64,000 nt of DNA, from the NCBI RefSeq assembly GCF_009914755.1, contig NC_060925.1; one strand, written 5' to 3'. Origin of the DNA: the human T2T-CHM13v2.0 reference genome, Homo sapiens. The translations under genes and the position numbers were made by a program. This document shows positions 1 through 16,562 of the stretch, piece by piece (the first letter of the stretch is position 1; the number at the start of each line of letters is the position of its first letter). The notes below the pieces were generated by a model that saw only the letters and a list, made by a program, of their open reading frames with translations, was not told where the DNA came from and searched no databases.

Positions 1-210
1 CTAAAATGAGCATCCCTAGGGATACCCCAGCTCGGTCCTGATGCCGTATTCACCCTAGTTCTTCATGGTCCAGCTTTAAGCCAACTGCTAGTAGTTGTTT
101 CCTGTCCCTTCTGTGAAAGTGTGGATGGTGGGGGGAATTTAACTCTTGAGCTGTTGTTCAAGCTGGGGCCTTTCAGCAAATTCCTTAACCGTTGTCTGTA
201 TACTCAACTA

Positions 211-486
<276 letters not shown>

Positions 487-544
487 TTATTCTCTCTAAT
501 GATTCCCCTACCCCAAGTGGACCACAGTTCAACAGTGTAGCCTA

Positions 545-720
545 GCAGAGAAGTCATGAACTCTGAAATCAGACAAGCCTGGATTCAAACTTCAGGTCTG
601 CTGCTTTTGGGCTGTGTGACTGTGGGGAAGACACGTAACCTCTCTGAAGCTTTGTTTTCTCATCAATAAAATGGGGGTAATAATGCCTTATTTTGAAGGG
701 TTGTTGCAAAGATTGCTATA
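545..720 (+). mobile_element. MIR SINE
   Basis: MIR core: GGATTCAAAC...GCTGTGTGAC...AACCTCTCTG...TTTTCTCATCAATAAAATGGGGGTAATAAT. Confidence 0.8.
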
Positions 721-799
721 GGATAAAGTCAATAAGGGCACAATAAAAGTAAAAATCAATATGTTTAAAACATAATTTCATAACTAGTATACGTTGATT

Positions 800-1246
800 A
801 CCCCTTCATCCAAGCGTATTGATCTTCTAGCAGCAGCCTCCAGTTTTGCTCTGGGGATCCATTTTTCCCTGACTCTTAGGCTGAGAGGTTCATGGAACAT
901 CCCCTACCCTGCTGCCTCATCCTGTATTCACAGTTACTAGTTCAGAGACAGGTCCATCAGCATCCAATCAGAGTGAATCCAACAGCTGCTATGGAAAGCT
1001 ACTAGGAAGTGACCCCCTCTGCGCTGGGATCTAAGAGATTAAAAGGGCGGAGCTGCCACGGCCATCTTGGCATCACAAGGTAGGGAGCACCAAGTATGAG
1101 CCAGGAAACAGTGAAGGCTAGAATAATTTGAGCCTGGATCAAGCCCCCATCCTTGGACATTTTAGTTACATACACCCATACGGTCTTTTTCTGAGGCTAG
1201 GGCTGGGAATTACCATCAATCACAACCAAAATCCTATCTGATTCAT
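800..1246 (+). mobile_element. Old MLT1 (MaLR) LTR, MLT1J/K-like
   Basis: CCAATCAGAGTG, GGCCATCTTG, GGACATTTTAGTTACA and terminal ACAACCAAAATCCTATCTGATTCA motifs. Confidence 0.55.
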
Positions 1247-2648
1247 GACACCTGGAGAAACTGAGCCTCAGAAAGGTGGCACAGGTGGAAAGAGATGGCA
1301 CTGCTGGTGAGTGGTGGTGTAGAGACGCAGGCCAGGCCCTCCAGCCCCGATCCTGCTACCTCTCACCCCAGGGCCTGCTGCTACCTTGGGAGGATCACAT
1401 TCAGGTGTCCAGCTGGTGGCCCCGCCACGGTACAGCAGAGACATGTGACTCTAGATTATGCACGTTGCAGCTTCTCGCATCACACTGCATGCTGGAGAGA
1501 GGGCGGGAGCACATGAGCCTTCATCCTTCAGCTGCTGGGATTTTTCCCAGGGAATGAAGTGATGAACATCCCCAGGTAGCTGCTCCCCTCGTGTTGGCGA
1601 GGAAGCTCTCGGGTGAAATGTACCTTTGGGGGTTGTGTATCTGAAGCTCTGTGTTGTTTTTATACCAGAAGAAAGAAAAAGCAGTGAGAGACATCTGGGG
1701 TCAGCTCTCTTAATATCACACAACAAATTCTGGCAAGCACCCCCCAGCTTTGAATAAATGTTATTTTGATTGGATTTAGAAGTTTGGAGAAGACAAAATG
1801 ACACATTTTCACACTTCCCTGTCAAACCAAAGTATGATTGCCAAACTGCTAAGTTTTTAAAAAGCAGGAAAGGGAACAGCTTATGTGAAACACCTTCATT
1901 GCAATTCCAGGTTTCTGGGGGGCTTTGCTGTAATTCTCATTTTCCCCTTATCGTGTACAGGTACACCTCACTTACTGGAGCTAAGGCTTTCTGGGGTGGG
2001 GACGGGCTTGGAGCCTCAGGGGAATGCTTACAATAATTTTATCAGTCAAAACATGTTTTGAATGCATTAAAGGTCCTTGTTTTTATTTTAAAGCAAACTT
2101 TGTATGAAGCATAACATCCCTTTCATGGTTGGTTTTTAAGGGAATTCAATGGGAATCCTTTTGTATAGAGAAGAATCCTTCTGCTGTGGAAAGAATTACC
2201 CTGCTGTCAACATGTCAACATCAGAAAACGCTTCTATGGTAAAAGTTAGATTAGTGACATATAAATAATGAAGAATAGTCTGTGTTGAGAAGAGTAAGTG
2301 CACTGAAGATTTATGGTAGAAGTTCTAAACTTTTCTGAGAACATTAAACAAGTGCCCAGCAGGAGAATCCTTTCTTTTGGGCTTTTTTTTTTTTTTTTTA
2401 ATTCACTCATTGGAATTCTACTCATTTTCCTGCCCACCCAAAGGCTACAGGTAATCATCTCCTTTCTTCCAAATGAACTTGCACTGTTCTCAGCTAGGAC
2501 TAACAAAGGAAACTGAGACCGCAAGTGTAAACCTGGCAGAAATCCGCTTGTTTGATTTCATCCCGCAGGTACCCTCTGCAGCCCTAACCTTGGCCACCTC
2601 TGTTGATGCTCTTCTTCCACACTGAGCCAGGTGTGGACCGTGGCGTGA

Positions 2649-3025
<377 letters not shown>

Positions 3026-3066
3026 AAAATGCACTTAATATTGTCAGATCTTCTGGTTATTAGATA

Positions 3067-3471
3067 CTGGTAGGCTCAAGTCCCCAAAACTTTGTATGGC
3101 AGATGGGATTGTTAAGGATCTTGAGATGTGGACCCAATGTCATCACAAGAGTTCTTGTAAGAGGAAGGCAAGAGGGTCCGAATCAGAGAAGGCCGTGTGA
3201 CAGCAGCAGCAGAGGTTAGAGAGATGCCATTGCTAGAAGGGGCCTTGAGCCAAGAAATGTGTGGGTGCCTCTAGAAGCCGGGAAAGGCAAGGAACTGGAT
3301 TCTCCCCTAGAGCTTCTAGAAGAAACACAGCCCTGTCTGCATCTTGATTTTAGCCCCCAAGACCCACTTTCCAGCTTCTGACCTCCAGCACTGTCAGATA
3401 ATAAATGTGTGTTCCTCGAAGCCGCTAAGTTTGTGGTGATTTGTTGCAGCAGCCTATAGGAAACTTACACA
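3067..3471 (+). mobile_element. MLT1D-like MaLR solo LTR
   Basis: GGATCTTGAGATG, GCCTCTAGAAGC..GGAAAGGCAAGGAA..GGATTCTCCCCTAGAGC, terminal TAGGAAACTTACACA. Confidence 0.85.
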
Positions 3472-5039
3472 GCCATTCACTCTGCTGAGCATTAGAATGA
3501 CACACAGTCCTCGACTCTCAGACTCACAGAACATTATCCATCCTCTCTCTGAGGATTCAGAAGATACTGAGGCTCCTACAGTGCCTTGGGGACATGATTA
3601 TGAAAATAAGTACCCATTATATTGGTTAAGAGAGAGCCTGGCTCGACACCTGGTAGAAACAGCATTTGCGCGCGCACTCTCTCTCTCTCTCTCTATATAT
3701 ATATATTTATTTAAAGGCTGACAATTTGGAGAGAGATGAAAAATACCACAATTGCTTACAATAGAACCTGACAAAATGGGGTTGTTCTGGTGCCCTGGTG
3801 CCTACCTGTGTTTGAGGGTCTCAATAGCAGGGTCCAACAACTGCAGAGAGCTGGAGATCATGTTAAATATAAATATAGGGTTTGCAGAGAGGGACCCATT
3901 CTTTTCCCTCTCTTTGCATGCCTAGTTCCTATTACTGTCACAAGGAGTTATGTGTGTGTATCTATAAGGCAATGGATGCCGTTTATCGTAATTCAGCTAG
4001 TGCACAAAATACCACATTTACACCATATTGGCACTTGAACTATTCCTTCCCCAAGAACCCTGTCCCCACGAGTATGTATCAAATACCTCCCAACTTCATT
4101 TTTTATCAAGCCTGGCCAATAAAAGCTGAAAGATCACTGAGGATTTTTCTCTTTTGTCTTAAAAAATTTTCATTTCATAACCGTACACGGAGAATCTGTC
4201 TTTAAAAATGGATGATACGTTAGCAGGAGGTTGTGTAAATATCCAGTTATTTACACATACCTAGCTGCATCTGGAAGCCTGCAGCACTGCAAATAAGGTC
4301 CATCATTGCTTCTCATTTCTGATCATTCAAGAGAATAACAATACAATAGCATGGAGTAGCTCAGCTCTTGTCAGCTGTGGGGAGTTCTCGGCCACGTTCT
4401 GTGGGTCTGGACAGCTCAGCTGCTTCCCCTACCCGTTCAGTAACATCCTGTTTATGTGGCTCCTGGACAGGCTGGCTTTGTTACTTGAGTTGCCTTCTGA
4501 GAGCTCATGGTAGGCTTTGGAGAGGCTCCTGAGGGTCAAAAGGTGCTGACCAGCAGAGAAGTTTCCCAGGGCAGGAATGCACAGAATGCACAGTCCGTTT
4601 TTCTTCTGCAATCAGTGAACACCTCTTCCTCAGCAGGAATCCACTCAGGGGTGGGTGGGTTTTAGGATTTGCCCTTAGTTATTATATGCACGTAAAACAT
4701 GTCTCGGAGGTAAATGGCTCAGGAATTGGGCTGAAAGTGTGACTGCACAGGGTAGAGCTCAGCTTTGCCTTCTAAAGGCTGAATGCACCTGGACAAGTTC
4801 CCAAACAGCAAATGTCATTTTCCCCGTCCATAAAATGATGAGGGGGAAGGGAATGGTACCCACCCCACAGGTGTTGCAGGAAGGGCATCAGGGGGTTAGG
4901 TTGAATGCCAAGTTGTTTGTACTGGTGCAGACTAAGTATTCAGTGAACGTGAGCTTTGCGTTGCTGTTAATTCAATGAGGTGGTGGAATGGATTAGGGAG
5001 GTGCACAGTTCTGAAATGCGGACATCCACGCTGCTGTGC

Positions 5040-5215
5040 CCTAGCACTGGGCGTTGTTGGGCTAGTCCTTCACCTGCTCTAAGTGTCCTATTTGGGGTAG
5101 GGAACTGTCCTGTGCACTGGCATAGGGGCTTATGAACATCCCTGGTCTCCACCCACTGGGTATCACTGGCACTTGCCCGTGGATGTGACACCCAAAAATG
5201 TCTCCAGACATTGCT
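5040..5215 (-). mobile_element. MER20 (hAT-Charlie) fragment
   Basis: TGTCCTGTGCAC...CATCCCTGGTCTCCACCCACT...CCAAAAATGTCTCCAGACATTGC. Confidence 0.8.
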
Positions 5216-5542
5216 GTGTGACAGTGCACGGGATAGTCCCCTCATACCCTATGAGAGGTGCAGGGAGGTCCCTGTCCAGTGCCTGGGTCAGTGTTGGGTG
5301 CCTCGCGGCTCTAGGTCCAGACTGGCTTCTGCTGTTCTACCTCTGTACTAACGCGATTACGATGACTGCTACTGCTGCTGCTGTTACCAATGATGATGTC
5401 TCTTAGGCTGCCCCGAGCAATTCTTTCCCTCTGCCACGTTCTCTCAGGGCATCATTGGAGATGCAACACCACCTGCACTTAAGAGAGCTGCGTGCTTCAG
5501 GTATAGCGATCTGTGTGTTGTAGCTGGTCTGAAATAACTAGA

Positions 5543-5691
5543 CCAGTGGTTCTCAACTGGGGCCATTTGGCCACATCTGGTGCTGCTGATATCCAGTGGG
5601 TGGAGGCCAGGGAGGCCCATAAACACCTAAGACAGTGCACATGCCAGCCCTCTACCCAGCATGCCAGTGGTGCCAAGGTTCAGAAACCCTG
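5543..5691 (+). mobile_element. MER20, internally deleted
   Basis: CAGTGGTTCTCAAC...AGTGGGTGGAGGCCAGGGA...GTGCCAAGGTTCAGAAACCCTG. Confidence 0.75.
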
Positions 5692-7094
5692 AATTCCATG
5701 CTATCTCATGACACATCAGTTCTAAACACATTGACTGGTTTTACCCCATTGGCAGTTTCTGTTTACACCCAGGTCTGTGGGCATATGGAAAATCACGGCT
5801 GTTGAGTAAAGGATGGAGTAAAAATATACTCTACTCCCCTCCTCCACACTTCAACACCAACCTCAATGAAACAATTCCAACTGAAAGCGGGGAGGACTGG
5901 GAAAAGAGTTGAAGAGAGGGTGTCAGTAGAGCCCAGGCTTGGCCACCAGAACAACTGGGTTTGGTTCCAACCCTTAATGCTTATGAGATGGGGTGATTTG
6001 GGGCAAGGCACCTCCGTCTCTTGGCTTCAGTTTCCTCATCTGTCAAGTGAGGGGGTGGGGCTAGATGTAAATTACCATTCTGCTCTGAAATTCCTAATTG
6101 TAACTTTGAAATCAAACTCAGTGGTCCCCCTCTCTAGGTGCTGGTGGAGAATAACTTGGATTCTGTGACCTCTAGATGGAGAGAGTGTTGTCTGACCCCC
6201 AGCTCAGAGGAAGGTGAGATAGACAGACATGCTTGAGCCCTTTGGATAGAGGGCTCTTTGTGTTCATCGAGCATTTCTGCCTCTCCTATGTCGCTTAAAA
6301 CTGTGTTAATTATGACAGTGACAGCAGCGGCTGACACGGAACACTCACTGGGTCCCAGCACTGCTCTGGACACATCTCACCTGTGTGGCATCATTTGATT
6401 CACCCCTCAGTCTCTTGAAATAGGGACCGTCATTTCCTCCACCTGACAGGGAAACTGAGGCAGCCTGATGCATGAGGCCACAAAAGAAGTGAGAGACGCT
6501 CGCTCCAAGTTGCAAGGAGGCGAGTTCTTTCCTCAGCAGATCCCAGCCCTGGCTTTACGGCTAATCATGAGCAAGGGGAATCTAAACAGCATGGTAATTT
6601 GATTTTTGAATGAAGCTAATTTGTGAGATACCATCCTCCTTAGGAGGGGAGAAATAAGACCAAAGGGAATCAAAAGAGGAAATAACCAAAGTGATCTTAC
6701 CCTCCTGCTCCAAATGCAAGCTGATGTGTTGGAGGGGAAATTCGACCTGAAGTTCAGACATGTCACAGCCAAAGGAAACCTTAAAAGCTATAATTTCCAA
6801 GGAGACCTCTGGAGGGCTGGACATGGTTACCCAGGAATCTGAGCTGACAGTTTATGCAGGCTGCCCAGAGAGCCCAGGGCCCCTTTTCTGACTTTCTCAT
6901 TCCTGTGGTTGGCCGTTGCATATTCTCTCCCTCCATACCTTGGGTGTGTAATGGGAGGTGCGCAGTGAAAATGGAGCCAGAAAAACGCGTGCAGCAGCTC
7001 ATCAGAAAGTGTAAGGGGTGATGTAAATGGGAATGATGGGCAGAGGCACACTGTTGACATCATGGTATTCAAAGGAATACAATAATATTTGTGT

Positions 7095-7320
7095 TCACTT
7101 TACTGAGAGCCTTCTAGATGCCGGGCACTGAGCTGAGTTCTTTGCTTACATTAACTTATTTCAGTGCCACAGCAATTCTGGGGGCCGGGAGGGGGCAGGT
7201 AGGATTATCATCCCCATTCCACAGATGAGGAAAACTGAGGCTCGGAAAGGTCACATGACTTGCCAAGGGCACACAGTGGAGAAGGGTGGGGACAAAGGTG
7301 GCTTGACTAAAGATCCTATC
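7095..7320 (-). mobile_element. MIR SINE
   Basis: ATTATCATCCCCATTCCACAGATGAGGAAAACTGAGGCTC...GACTTGCCAAGGGCACACAG. Confidence 0.8.
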
Positions 7321-7608
7321 CTTTTGATCACCACCCTCCTCAGATAATCTCTTCTCAAGGCTGGCCCTCTGTAGAGTCGTCTGGTTCCAGCTACCAAAGA
7401 TTCTGGTTTAATTACTCCTGGATGAAGTGGGAGTGTGTGTGTGGGGGCGGGTGTTATTTTTAAAGTTCCTTTGGTGATTGTATGGGGAGTGAGGGTTAAG
7501 AACCACTGTCCTGCATAAATATATGTGTGTGTGCTCTTGTGGGGACCTAAAAAAAGAAAAAAAATATGTATAGATGTACATATATATGTGTGTGTGCATA
7601 TTTTATCA

Positions 7609-8890
<1,282 letters not shown>

Positions 8891-10519
8891 TGTCTTTTCT
8901 TCCGTGCACCCTTGGTGTGGCTCCACCTGCCAGAAAGGCTGGACAGACACCACCCCAAATCCATGGACCCCAGAGGCTGATGCACTCGGTCAGGGCTCTG
9001 GGCCCAAGAGAGTCCAGCAGACAGAAGCCAGAGTGAGAAGGGGAGACCTCCCATTTGGACCTCCCATTTAAACCTTGAACAGGGCAGGGAAATCTGTCAA
9101 TATCCCCACTGAGAGTCCCCAGCCCTCTCCAAGCGGGAAACGAATTGACCAGCTGTAAAAATGCGATGCAGAATACAAACCAGCTTAATGGTTTTCTGAG
9201 ACATTAAAAATTAATGTTGAACATCAACACTTTGAGTGGTCAAATGTCCCCTGTGGTGCTGAATGTCTGGAAATTGTCCCCATAGGGCACAGTGGGGACC
9301 ATGGCCATAGACCTGTTTGAGGCAGTATAAATGCCCTATGGAGTAGAGGCCATTTGTAGGGTGAGCCGGGCTTAGAAGGTTCACGGGAGAGGCCGAGTGG
9401 CTTCCTCCCCTTCTCAGTCCTCTGACCTTTGTTCTCACAAGCTGTTTGTAAACTTCAGCAATTTTTTTTTTTACCATCTCTACTGTTTCTCCTCCCCTAA
9501 TTCCATAGGCAACACCTAGGATAGACTTGTAGATGGACTGCAGTTGATCAATCCTCGTGGCTACTGAACACTCAGACCCATCTCTTTTGATTTTTTTAGC
9601 CATCCAGGGCATGGAAGGGAGGTGCACACCCGCTGTGGCCACCAGCTGCTGCCTGCAGGGCTCCTCGTCTCCATCGAGCAGCTGTGAACCTTGCCGACTC
9701 CCAGGATTTGTAATCCCCACTTTCCCGTACCTATGAGGTCAGAGAAGGTGGTGTGCAGCCACAGTTGAGGACTTCTCCCTGCGGCATGATGGTGGCTCAG
9801 CAACGCTAGGTGGTTGTGGAGAGGGAGGACCATGGGCACAGCTTGGAAACTGGAAATCCACAAAAGGTTGTTCGAGAAATGCTCTGGGTTTGTTGGGCCT
9901 GAAACAGCAATATTTTTAAAAACCCCATCTGCTGCTCAACTAAGTTTAAAAATACCCCTTTATATTTTAGATAATAAAGCTCAAAATTATTCACTATATT
10001 AGATACTGCTTAATAAAATCATGGCCTAATGAGCTGCCTAATTTGTGTGTGCCAGGTTTCAACCGTCTGGGACCTGCTGGAATATGCTCTGATACTATTG
10101 ATTCCATTGCAGGTGGAATAAGCCTCCATTCTGTTGCCATGGAGGAGGCAAGAAGTTGAATTTTCATCACTCCATATAGGGCCTCTAACATGTTCCTGTC
10201 TTTTCATGATTGCACAGGGTCCAGGGCAGCCTGTGGTCCCAGGGCAGTGGGTATTCAGGTCCCTAACTGTAGCCATTAGCAGGGGACAGGCATTGGAGAG
10301 ATTGGCTATACTTGGTTTCTATCCTGGGTTTCCAGTGTCACCTCCCTCCATGCTTAGTAACTTCCTGTCTTAGTTCTTTCCAGAAGTACTCATCCAGCAC
10401 TCTGCAGGGTCCTTAGCAAGAACCCAGAGAGCTGCAACTTGGTAGGGATCCCACCCTTTCCTTGCAAAGCACAATCCAAACTAGAAGGTGCAACCTGGGC
10501 TCTAGCTACTCCTCCCTGG

Positions 10520-11555
10520 CAGTCAGCCTGCCCCTGGGACTTTGCACATGCCATTTGTTCTGCCTGGATAACTCTTTGCCTTCACTGTCCATCCCCTCAC
10601 CTCTGACCCCTTTAGCAGCTTAACTCCTCTTCTTGCTTCAGGTCTCAGATTCAGCGCCTCTCTGTTTGGAAAGGCTTGCTGACCTCCCACGTCCCTGATC
10701 AGAGTCTCTTGCACTTCCACCAGCACATCCCTGTGCACCTCTTGGCTCTGCTCTTCTTTGAGCTGGCTGTATTCTTGGGCAGGCCCTTTCTTCAGTGGCA
10801 AAATGACTGCTGGTAACCATGAATGCGTATCCCCAGATGAACCACAGGGCATCATTCCCAACAGTCCCAGCAGAAGTCCTGGGTCATTCATTTGCAGAAC
10901 ATTGAAGCAATTCCACTGTAAATCTGATTGGTCAGGCTGGGTCATGGAGCTAAGAAGTAGAGTCAGCCTCTCTCAAACCATATGATTTTATCCCAGCAAT
11001 ATAGGGAGGTGGGAATACCAGGATCAGGAGGAATATTTTGATGTTATCAAAATAAGGAGGTAGACTGGCCAGGCAAAAGCCTCAGATGATCAGTTTAGCT
11101 CCCATGGTCTACATGACACCTAGATGAGTTTCATGAGATATCCCTGCATCCAGTTGGTCTAGATTTGGCCCAGGATGATGGAAAATAAAAAATAACAGTA
11201 GTCTAAGTAAAATGGAAGTTTCTTATTCTTCCCCTAAAAGCCAGTAGCAGGCCATGCAGGATTGGCATGAGGCTCGGCTCCACAAGCCCTCAAGCACACG
11301 ATGACTTCCGTCTCCCCACCAGACCATGCCTGCGGTGTGGCCTGCATCTCTGTGCCTCAAGGTGGTGCTCCAGCTGTCACCACCCCACCCCCAAAAACAA
11401 AATGGAAGAGACTAGAAGAAGCAGCCAGGGAAAGTCTACCAACCAAAATTTCAGGAGGATTTCTGGAACACAACACCCTGTTCAGTCTATTGACCAGAAA
11501 ACTTGGTCACATACCACCCTTCGTTACGAGAAAGGCGAGGTGTGGCCATGAGCCA
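10520..11555. mobile_element. Degraded L2 plus old MLT1-like LTR fragments
   Basis: GGACTTTGCACATGCC..TTCTGCCTGGA (L2); GGCAAAATGACTGCTGG, CTGATTGGTCAGGCTGGGTCA, ATTGACCAGAAAACTTGGTCACAT (antisense MLT1-like). Confidence 0.5.
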
Positions 11556-11913
11556 CTTGAAAGTTCCATTACACTTGGACACGACACCAAAAGCACAACT
11601 CATGACCAACAACATTTATTAAATTGGACTTCATCAAAATTAAAAACTTCTTCTCTGCAAGAAACACTGGTAAGAGAATGAAGCAACAAGCTACAAACTG
11701 GGGAGAAATATTTGCAAGTCACGTACGTGACATAGGATATGTATCCAGAATATATAAAGAATTCTCAAACTCAGACATCAAGAAGACAAGTCCATTTTAA
11801 AAATTGGCAAAAGACATGAACTCAAGAGGATACTTTGCAGAAGAGGATATATGGATGACAAAGAAGCTCGAAAAGATGCCCAACATCATTAGCTATGAGG
11901 GAAATGCAAATTA

Positions 11914-12657
<744 letters not shown>

Positions 12658-13736
12658 TGGCCTAAATGAAAAAGACAGACAATACTAAGTGCTGATGAGG
12701 ATACAGAGCTACTGGATCTTTTATAGGAACATAAATTGGTGCAGCCACTCTGGAAGAGATTTGGCACTGTCTTATAAAGTGAAACATCTATCCACCATGT
12801 GACTCAGCAGCTGCATTCCCGGGTACATAAACCCCTGTGTTCACACAACAACCTGTATGTTGTGAATGTTTTTAGCAGCTCTGTGCATAATAACCCCAAA
12901 CTGGAAACAACCCAAACATTCTTCAGCAAATGAACAGATGAACCATGACTCCACAATAAAAAGGAATGGATTTTTTTTAACTTTTATTTTAGGTTCAGAG
13001 GTACATGTGAAGGTTTGGTATATAGGTAAACTTGTGTCACAACGAGGGGGAGTTGCCTTACAGGTTATTTCATCACCTCGGTATTAAGCCCACCCAATAG
13101 TTATCCTTTCTGCTCCTCTCCCTCCTCCCACCCTCCACCTTCAAGTAGACCCCATTGTCTGTTTTTCCCTTCTTTGTGTCTATGTGTTCTTATCATTTAG
13201 CCCTGACTTATAAGTGAGAACATGTGGTATTCAGTTTCCTGTTCCTGCATTAGTTTGCTAAGGATAATGGCCTCCAGCTCTATCTATGTTCCTGCAAAAG
13301 ACATGATCTCGTTTTTTATGGCTGCATAGTATTCCATGATGTTTATGTACCACATTTTCTTTATCCAGTCTGTCAATGATGGGCATTTAGTTTGATTCCA
13401 TGTCTTTTGCTATTGTGAATAGTTCTGCAGTGAACATTTGCGTGCATGTATCTTTATGGTAGAATGATTTATATTCCTCTGGGTATATACCCAGTAGGAT
13501 TGCTGGGTTGAACAGTAGTTCTACTTTTAGCTCTCTGAGGAATTGACATACCACTTTCCACAATGGTTGAACTAATTTTACACTCTCAACAGCAGTGTAT
13601 AAGAGTTCCCTTTTCTCTGCAACCTCATCAGCATCTGTTATATTTTTACTTTTTAATAAATAGCCATTCTGACCAGTATGAGATGGTATCTCATTAAGAT
13701 TTTAATTTGCATTTCTCTAATGCTCAGTGATATTGA

Positions 13737-14468
<732 letters not shown>

Positions 14469-16071
14469 TTCTCTTGTAAATTTGTTTAAGTTCCTTATAG
14501 ATGCTGGACATTAGACCTTTATCAGATGCATGGTTTGCAAATATTTTCTCCCATTCTATAGGTTGTCTGTTTACCCTGTTGATAGTTTCTTTTGCTGTGC
14601 AGAAGCTCTTTAATTAAATCCCATTTGTCAATTTTTGCTTTTGTTGTGATTGCTTTTGGTGTCTTTGTCGTGAAATCGTTGCCTGTTCTTTTGTCTAGAA
14701 TGGTGTTGCCTAAGTTGTCTTTCAGGATTTTTATAGTTGTGGATTTTACATGTAAGTCTTTAATCTGTCTTCAGTTAATTTGTGTATATGGTGTAAGGAA
14801 GGGGTCCAATTTCAATCTTCTGCATATAGTCATATGCCAGTTACCCCAGCACCATTTATTGAATCGGGAGTCTTTTCCCCATTACTTTTGTTAGTTTTGT
14901 TGAAGATTGGGTGGTCTTGGGTGTGCAGCCTTATTTCTGGGCTCTCTATTCTGTTCCATTGGTCTGTGTACCTGTTTTTGTACCAGTACCATGCTGTTTT
15001 GGTTACTGTAGCCTTGTAGTATAGTTTGAAGTCAGGTAACATGATGCCTCCAGCTTTGTTCTTTTTGCTTGAAGTTGCCTTGGCTATTTGGGTTCTTTTT
15101 TGGTTCCATATGAATTCTAAAATAGTTTTTTCTAGTTCTATGAAGAATGTTGGTGGTAGTTTGATAGGAACAGCATTGAATCTGTAAATTGCTTTGGGCA
15201 GTATGGACATTTTAATGATATTAACTCTTCCTATCCATAAACAGGGGATAGTTTTCCATTAGTTGTGTCTTCTCTGATTTCTTTGAGCAGTGTTTTGTAA
15301 TTCTCATTCTAGAGATCTGTCACCTCCCTGGCCTTCCTGATTTGGCTCTTGCCTTGGCTATTGTTGGTGTATATGAATGCTAGTAATTTTTGTACATTGA
15401 TTTTGTATCCTGAAACTTTGCTGAAGTTGTTTATCAACTGAAGGAACTTTTGGGCCAAGACTATGGTGTTTTCTAGATACAGAATCATGTCGTCTGCCAA
15501 CAGGGGTAGTTTGACTTCCTCTCTTCCTATTTGGATGCCCTTTATTTCTTTCTCTTGCCCGATTGCTTTGGCTAGGACTTCCAATACTACGTTGAGTAGG
15601 AGTGGTGAGAGAGGGCATCCTTGTCTTGTGCCAGTTTTCAAGGGGAATGCTTCCAGCTTTTGCCCTCTCAGTATGATGTTGGCTGTGGATTTGTCATAGA
15701 TGGCTCTTATTATTTTGAGGTATGTTCAAAAGGAGTGGATTATTGATACATGAAACAATGTGGCTGAATCTCAAAAGCATTATGCTGAGAGAAAGAAACA
15801 GTCCCAAAAGGTCACATAGTCTGTGGTTCCATGTATATGGCATTCTTAATAAGACAAAACTCCAGTTGATAAGAAAAGATCACTAGAGGGTAGGGGTTGG
15901 GGTGGGGAGTGGGGGTTCTGGCTATAAAGGGACAGTCCAGGGAGTGCTTTGGGTGATAGACCCCGGCCATATCCTGACTGAGTGCAGGTTACGTGAATCT
16001 ATACATTGTTAAATTCATGGATTTATACATCTCAAAAAACATCAGCTTTACCATAAAAAGCTCTGTTCCTA

Positions 16072-16240
16072 GGCTGGGTATCGTGGCTCATGCCTGTAAT
16101 CCCAATACTTTGGGAGGCTGAGGCAGGAGGATCACTTGAGTCTAGGAGGTCAAAGCTGCAGTTGAGCCATGGTTGTGCCACTGCCCTCTAGCCTGGGCAA
16201 CAGAACAAGACTGTCTCAAAAACAGAACAAAACAAATAAA
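16072..16240 (+). mobile_element. Alu monomer (FRAM/FAM-like)
   Basis: Single arm with Alu 5' start running into right-arm sequence and A-rich tail. Confidence 0.8.
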
Positions 16241-16347
16241 TGATTACTATGGCAGAAAAGAAGCATGGTGATAGTGAGGGAAGCTGGGGGTAACTGGATA
16301 ATCATCTGTACCTCATTTACCAAGGTATCCCCTTTGTTGGGCTATGG

Positions 16348-16562
16348 CAGGGTTTCTCAAACCCTGGCACTGCTGACATTTGCAGCTGGATGATTCTCTA
16401 TTGTGGGGCTGTCCTATGCCTTGTAGGGGGCTTATAGCATCCCTGGCCTCTACCCACCAGATGTCAGCAGTGTCCCCCAGCCTGCAGTTATGAGAAACAA
16501 AAATGTCTCCAGACATGGCTCCATGTCCATAGGAACAAGGCGTCACTGGTTGAGAATCACTG
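16348..16562 (-). mobile_element. MER20, near full length
   Basis: CAGGGTTTCTCAA...GCATCCCTGGCCTCTACCCAC...AAAAATGTCTCCAGACA...GGTTGAGAATCACTG (both termini). Confidence 0.9.

Noticed and set aside
9211-9720. 169-aa ORF in unique sequence
   Set aside because: No recognisable family or domain, and it runs through poly-T tracts. Non-coding exons cannot be excluded but are not supportable from sequence alone.
14830-15641. Reverse-transcriptase-like ORFs
   Set aside because: Fragmented L1 ORF2 of a truncated old L1PA with frameshifts and an apparent internal deletion near 15330; not a functional or novel RT.
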